DNA of 64,000 nucleotides from Klebsormidium nitens (taxonomy: Eukaryota > Plantae > Klebsormidiophyceae): NCBI GenBank assembly GCA_000708835.1, contig DF237118.1:94668-158667 (forward strand). Direction: 5' to 3'. Positions within the stretch are counted from its first letter, which is position 1, and every line of letters begins with the position of its first letter. Positions 60,758 through 64,000 of this stretch are shown piece by piece. The notes below the pieces were generated by a model. It saw only the letters and a list, made by a program, of their open reading frames with translations. It was not told the DNA's origin and did no database searches. Both the position numbers and the translations under genes were made by a program.

Positions 60758-62410
60758 ATGCCCGTAGAAACACGCGCTCAGCAGACGATACACGGCTCCA
60801 TTTTTGAGGTGTCAGCAGCGACTGGGTACAGCCGGGTTGCCGCGGCTGAGGGAAGTGAGGACACCGCCAGTGCGAGCAGCGGGGCAGTGGTGAACAGGCC
60901 GGAGAGGGCGAGCCAATCGGTGTTCTGGGGGGAAGACGAGGACTGGGCAGAGATGGCCGCGGTCGGCGAAGGGAAGCAACGGTTCTCGGGAAGGAGGAAC
61001 GAGGGGCTCACGTTAGAGCAGTTCGAGCTCCAGGTCGAGGGGAGCATCCTAGACCGGTTCACAAAATTGCAGAAGGATTTGGGCAGGCCGGTCGAGGGGG
61101 CCGAGTTCAAGAAGCGCTTCTGTGTGCATCTGGGAGAGCACATGGACAACCCCGCGAAGGAGGCGCACCTGCGCACGTACAAGGAGTGCCAAACCAAGGA
61201 GGACCCGGTGAAGCACTTGCTGGCGAGCCTCAGGCGCCACTTCGGTGAGAGAAACGAAGGAAAGGCGCAAGAGTGGGTCAACTTCAGGCGGGAGGCGGGA
61301 GAGGAACTGCCGAAACTGTTGTTCAGGCTGCAGGGGTTGGCAGGGGACCTCAAGAAGCCACTCACCGACCCCGAGCTCGTCACCAAGTTTGTGGCTGCGC
61401 TGGACAAGAGGCTGGGGGATGCGGTCAACACGCAGGCGTTGGCGGCAGTCACAAGCGGGGACGGCGGGTACACGCTTGACAACGCCTATGATGCGGCCGT
61501 TCGGGTGAGTGAGATGGCGTCTAGGCTGAGAATCGCCAGGGAGATGACCCCCAGGCTAGCCGAGGTGGTCCGGCCAAGGTGGGGCGGACGCGCGCCAGCG
61601 GCGCACGCAGCCGTTCCTGAGGCATATCCAGCGGCTGCGGCGACAGCAGTGGCAGCCGGTTCAGCGGGGTCGGGGGCGTGCCACACATGCGGGGAGGTGG
61701 GGCACTACCGGAACACATGCCCGCAGAGAAACGGGGGGGCCTCGGGTCGGGGTGGCCCTGGGAGAGGGGCCGGGAGGTCTGGTCTGGGTCGGGGTGCAGG
61801 ACGGCCGCGGATCTGCTTCGTGTGCGGAGACCCCGCGCACCTGTCGTTGCAGTGCCCGCAGAGACACGTGGCACCGGCAGCTGTGGCGGTCCCGGCCGGG
61901 AGCAGGGGAGGTGCAGAGTTGGCGGCAGCGGGACTGAACGTGGAGGAGGTTGAGGAATTTCTGGCGTGGAAGGCGGCGTCTCAGGCGGCAGCCGCGCTGA
62001 GCTTGGAGGATGACGACGCTGCCAGCTGGGATGGGGAGGAGTACGAGCTGGGGGCGGCGGCCCTGAGGGCGGAAGGAGACGAGGGCTGGCGCCCCACCTT
62101 GCTGTGGGAGCTTGGGGCCGTGGCAACCCGCGCGGCGGCAGGCGCGCGGGCGGGCGGCGAGGCGACACAAGCGCTCAGACCGCAGCCTAAGGCCAGGAAG
62201 CAGGCGCGCGCGAGTACGCGCCCGCGGCACGTGGTCGGGCCGGCCATCGGTCAACCTGTGGGCACAGCAGCGCTGGAGCGCAAGGCGCCCGCCGAGGCCC
62301 TTCGACACCTGCGTGCTCGCAAGGACAAGGCTGCGCTCAAAGAGCGCATGGCAAAGCTGCCGGACCAGGGACGGGAGGTCGCGGCGCAGGGCCTTCACCG
62401 GCTGCCCTAG
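60758..62410 (+). CDS. gag: Retrotransposon Gag (capsid-like region plus two zinc knuckles)
   Basis: ATG at 60758. Capsid-like WVNFRREAGEELPKLLFRLQGLAGDL...ELVTKFVAAL; knuckles CHTCGEVGHYRNTC and CFVCGDPAHLSLQC (CX2CX4HX4C). Ends at an in-frame TAG. Confidence 0.88.
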   Translation: MPVETRAQQTIHGSIFEVSAATGYSRVAAAEGSEDTASASSGAVVNRPERASQSVFWGEDEDWAEMAAVGEGKQRFSGRRNEGLTLEQFELQVEGSILDRFTKLQKDLGRPVEGAEFKKRFCVHLGEHMDNPAKEAHLRTYKECQTKEDPVKHLLASLRRHFGERNEGKAQEWVNFRREAGEELPKLLFRLQGLAGDLKKPLTDPELVTKFVAALDKRLGDAVNTQALAAVTSGDGGYTLDNAYDAAVRVSEMASRLRIAREMTPRLAEVVRPRWGGRAPAAHAAVPEAYPAAAATAVAAGSAGSGACHTCGEVGHYRNTCPQRNGGASGRGGPGRGAGRSGLGRGAGRPRICFVCGDPAHLSLQCPQRHVAPAAVAVPAGSRGGAELAAAGLNVEEVEEFLAWKAASQAAAALSLEDDDAASWDGEEYELGAAALRAEGDEGWRPTLLWELGAVATRAAAGARAGGEATQALRPQPKARKQARASTRPRHVVGPAIGQPVGTAALERKAPAEALRHLRARKDKAALKERMAKLPDQGREVAAQGLHRLP

Positions 62411-63874
62411 GGGTTCAGCATCCGTCCGGAGGGGCCCAAGGGGACCCTGACACAGGCGGAGGCACAGCGGGGGAGGCCCAGCGGAGCGGCCAAGTCTCCT
62501 GGCGGGGCATCCAAGACGGCTGCACCGGATGAGGCGACCGCGCCACGCGCAGAGGAGGTGAGGACGGGAGAAGCGGCGGTCCTGCTCGGTCAGGTCACCA
62601 TCGACGTCGGCGTGTTTTTAGGAATGGCTGAGCGCGCGGGGCTGACGCTGCAGCAGGTGGTGGCTATGACGGGGGGCGGAACCAGCGTGCCCACACCGCG
62701 AGTGGACCCCAGGGAAGTCATGCGTAGAGTGACGGCCACAACCGGGGAGTCGGGGAGCCCGACATTGGTACCCGGGAGACAGGTGGTGACTAAGGAGACG
62801 AGGGGGTCGGGGGTGCCAACAGAATCGCCTGGAGAGACGGTTGAGTCGGGTGAGCCTGCGGTGGGGACCGGTAAGACAGGTGACACGTGTCCGGGTGAGG
62901 AGCGGCTGCCTCGGGGAGACGGACCGGTACGGATAGGCAGTCCGGTGAGCCCCGGGAACAGCACGGACCCGGAAAGCTCCCAAATGGCGCAGGAAAGGGC
63001 TGATCGGCTGGCTCGGGGGCAGTGGCAGCCAGTGCCGGAGGAGTCGGACCAGCAGATGGCGCTGGAGCTGCTTGTCGAGGAGGCGCGCGTGGCAGGCGTC
63101 GACTCCGCGGCAGCTCTGCGGGCACAAGAAGGGCCGGTCAAGGGGGCTGTGCTGCCACGCCGGTGGGAGACGGTCGGAAGAAGGGACAAGGGAAAAACGA
63201 AATGGGGGGAAGCCGATGCGGCACAGGGCGCTGGACAGGCTGGCGCAGCGGTGAGTGACTGGGCGGCGACCCACACGCTTGCAGCCTTTGCGGAGGCACT
63301 GCCCAAGGTCCCGCCTACAGAGCGCAGCCGGTGGGTGGGCACCCCAGACTGGGTGGACAACCGAGACGGGGTGGTCAAGGTAATGACGGTGGCCGGGCTC
63401 AAAGCGCCGCTGCGGGTGTTGATCGACGGTGGCAGTTTTTACTCCATGGCGGGGGCGCGGCTGGCGGCGCAACTTGGGCTGCCGGTTGACAGCGGGGGCG
63501 CGTCGTGCAAAGTCCAGACAGCCCTTGGGAAAGTTGAGCCGCTGGGTAAGGGGCTCACCCGGGACCCGGTGCCGATCGTTCTGAATGTCGGCACCCCCGC
63601 GGAACTGACGCTATACGAACCACTGGCGGTCACCCAATCAACCGGCTACGACTTGCTGATTGGGACGCGAGCAGCATTCCCGATCGGGCTCAGCGTCGAC
63701 CGGTGGGCAGAACGGGGCACCTACCGGGTGGACTGGCGGTCGCAGGGGGAACACGTGGCGAGCATCCCCATGCGGCTGCGGCAAGCCGTCAGCGCGCGCA
63801 CCCCGCGGGGCCCGGCGAGTGGCAAACCCGTCAGCACGGCCGGAGTTGCGCTCGCCTGCAGCGCGACGCAGTGA
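62411..63874 (+). CDS. Retrotransposon polyprotein segment containing the aspartic protease; bounded by in-frame stops
   Basis: Same frame as gag and open from 62411. Retropepsin motifs LRVLIDGGSFYSMAG...AAQLGL...VQTALG...GYDLLIGT. TGA at 63872-63874, after which the frame stays open to 64000. Confidence 0.82.
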   Translation, partial: GFSIRPEGPKGTLTQAEAQRGRPSGAAKSPGGASKTAAPDEATAPRAEEVRTGEAAVLLGQVTIDVGVFLGMAERAGLTLQQVVAMTGGGTSVPTPRVDPREVMRRVTATTGESGSPTLVPGRQVVTKETRGSGVPTESPGETVESGEPAVGTGKTGDTCPGEERLPRGDGPVRIGSPVSPGNSTDPESSQMAQERADRLARGQWQPVPEESDQQMALELLVEEARVAGVDSAAALRAQEGPVKGAVLPRRWETVGRRDKGKTKWGEADAAQGAGQAGAAVSDWAATHTLAAFAEALPKVPPTERSRWVGTPDWVDNRDGVVKVMTVAGLKAPLRVLIDGGSFYSMAGARLAAQLGLPVDSGGASCKVQTALGKVEPLGKGLTRDPVPIVLNVGTPAELTLYEPLAVTQSTGYDLLIGTRAAFPIGLSVDRWAERGTYRVDWRSQGEHVASIPMRLRQAVSARTPRGPASGKPVSTAGVALACSATQ

Positions 63875-64000
63875 CGCCAGGCACCGGGCGTGGTCGAGAG
63901 GGGGGGCCCACGCCCGGGGCAAACGGAGACCGGCCGGAGGGAGCGGTCAAAAGGAGTGAGGCGATGGCCGCTGGGGCCACCGTTGGACATTAAGTTGGAA

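Larger units (their letters stand above)
59265..64000 (+). mobile_element. Degenerate LTR retrotransposon (probably Ty3/gypsy-like), 5' part, truncated by the window edge
   Basis: Gag with two CCHC knuckles followed in the same frame by a retropepsin, with an abrupt shift to very high GC. Candidate 5' LTR 59265-59715 (TGTCA...TGACA) is unverified. RT, RNase H and integrase are not in the window, so the superfamily is inferred. Confidence 0.8.

Noticed and set aside
59887-63993. Many long overlapping antisense and alternate-frame ORFs in the retrotransposon
   Set aside because: Expected by-product of very high GC coding sequence with few stop codons; translations are low-complexity P/R/A with no motifs.

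Overview
This is an intron-rich eukaryotic window. Gene content, GC-rich codons and splice style suggest a streptophyte alga such as Klebsormidium (inference). I reconstructed these spliced genes by hand, checking splice phases: the 3' end of an unidentified gene, a 3-ketoacyl-CoA synthase (KCS), a DTWD1-like DTW-domain protein, an At3g58530-like F-box/LRR protein with one GC-AG intron, an organellar MDAR6-type monodehydroascorbate reductase, a bacterial-looking GDPD, PEX10, a BAT1-type amino-acid/GABA permease and a Nit1/NLP2 amidase. There is also a frameshifted four-repeat zinc-ribbon ORF followed by a RING-like ORF, three short TIR elements (one with a perfect 8-bp TSD), and the 5' part of a degenerate LTR retrotransposon (extra ORF, gag with two zinc knuckles, protease) running off the right edge. 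The most unusual pattern is 'splice-site echo arrays'. Introns of KCS, PEX10 and BAT1 (and more weakly NIT1) carry 1-4 decayed tandem copies, about 110-200 bp apart, of the neighbouring exon edge plus its splice site. Some copies keep usable acceptors or donors, and one offers an in-frame +52-aa alternative donor. One BAT1 acceptor lacks its AG. No tRNA, rRNA or CRISPR was recognised. All calls are from reading the sequence; no searches were run.
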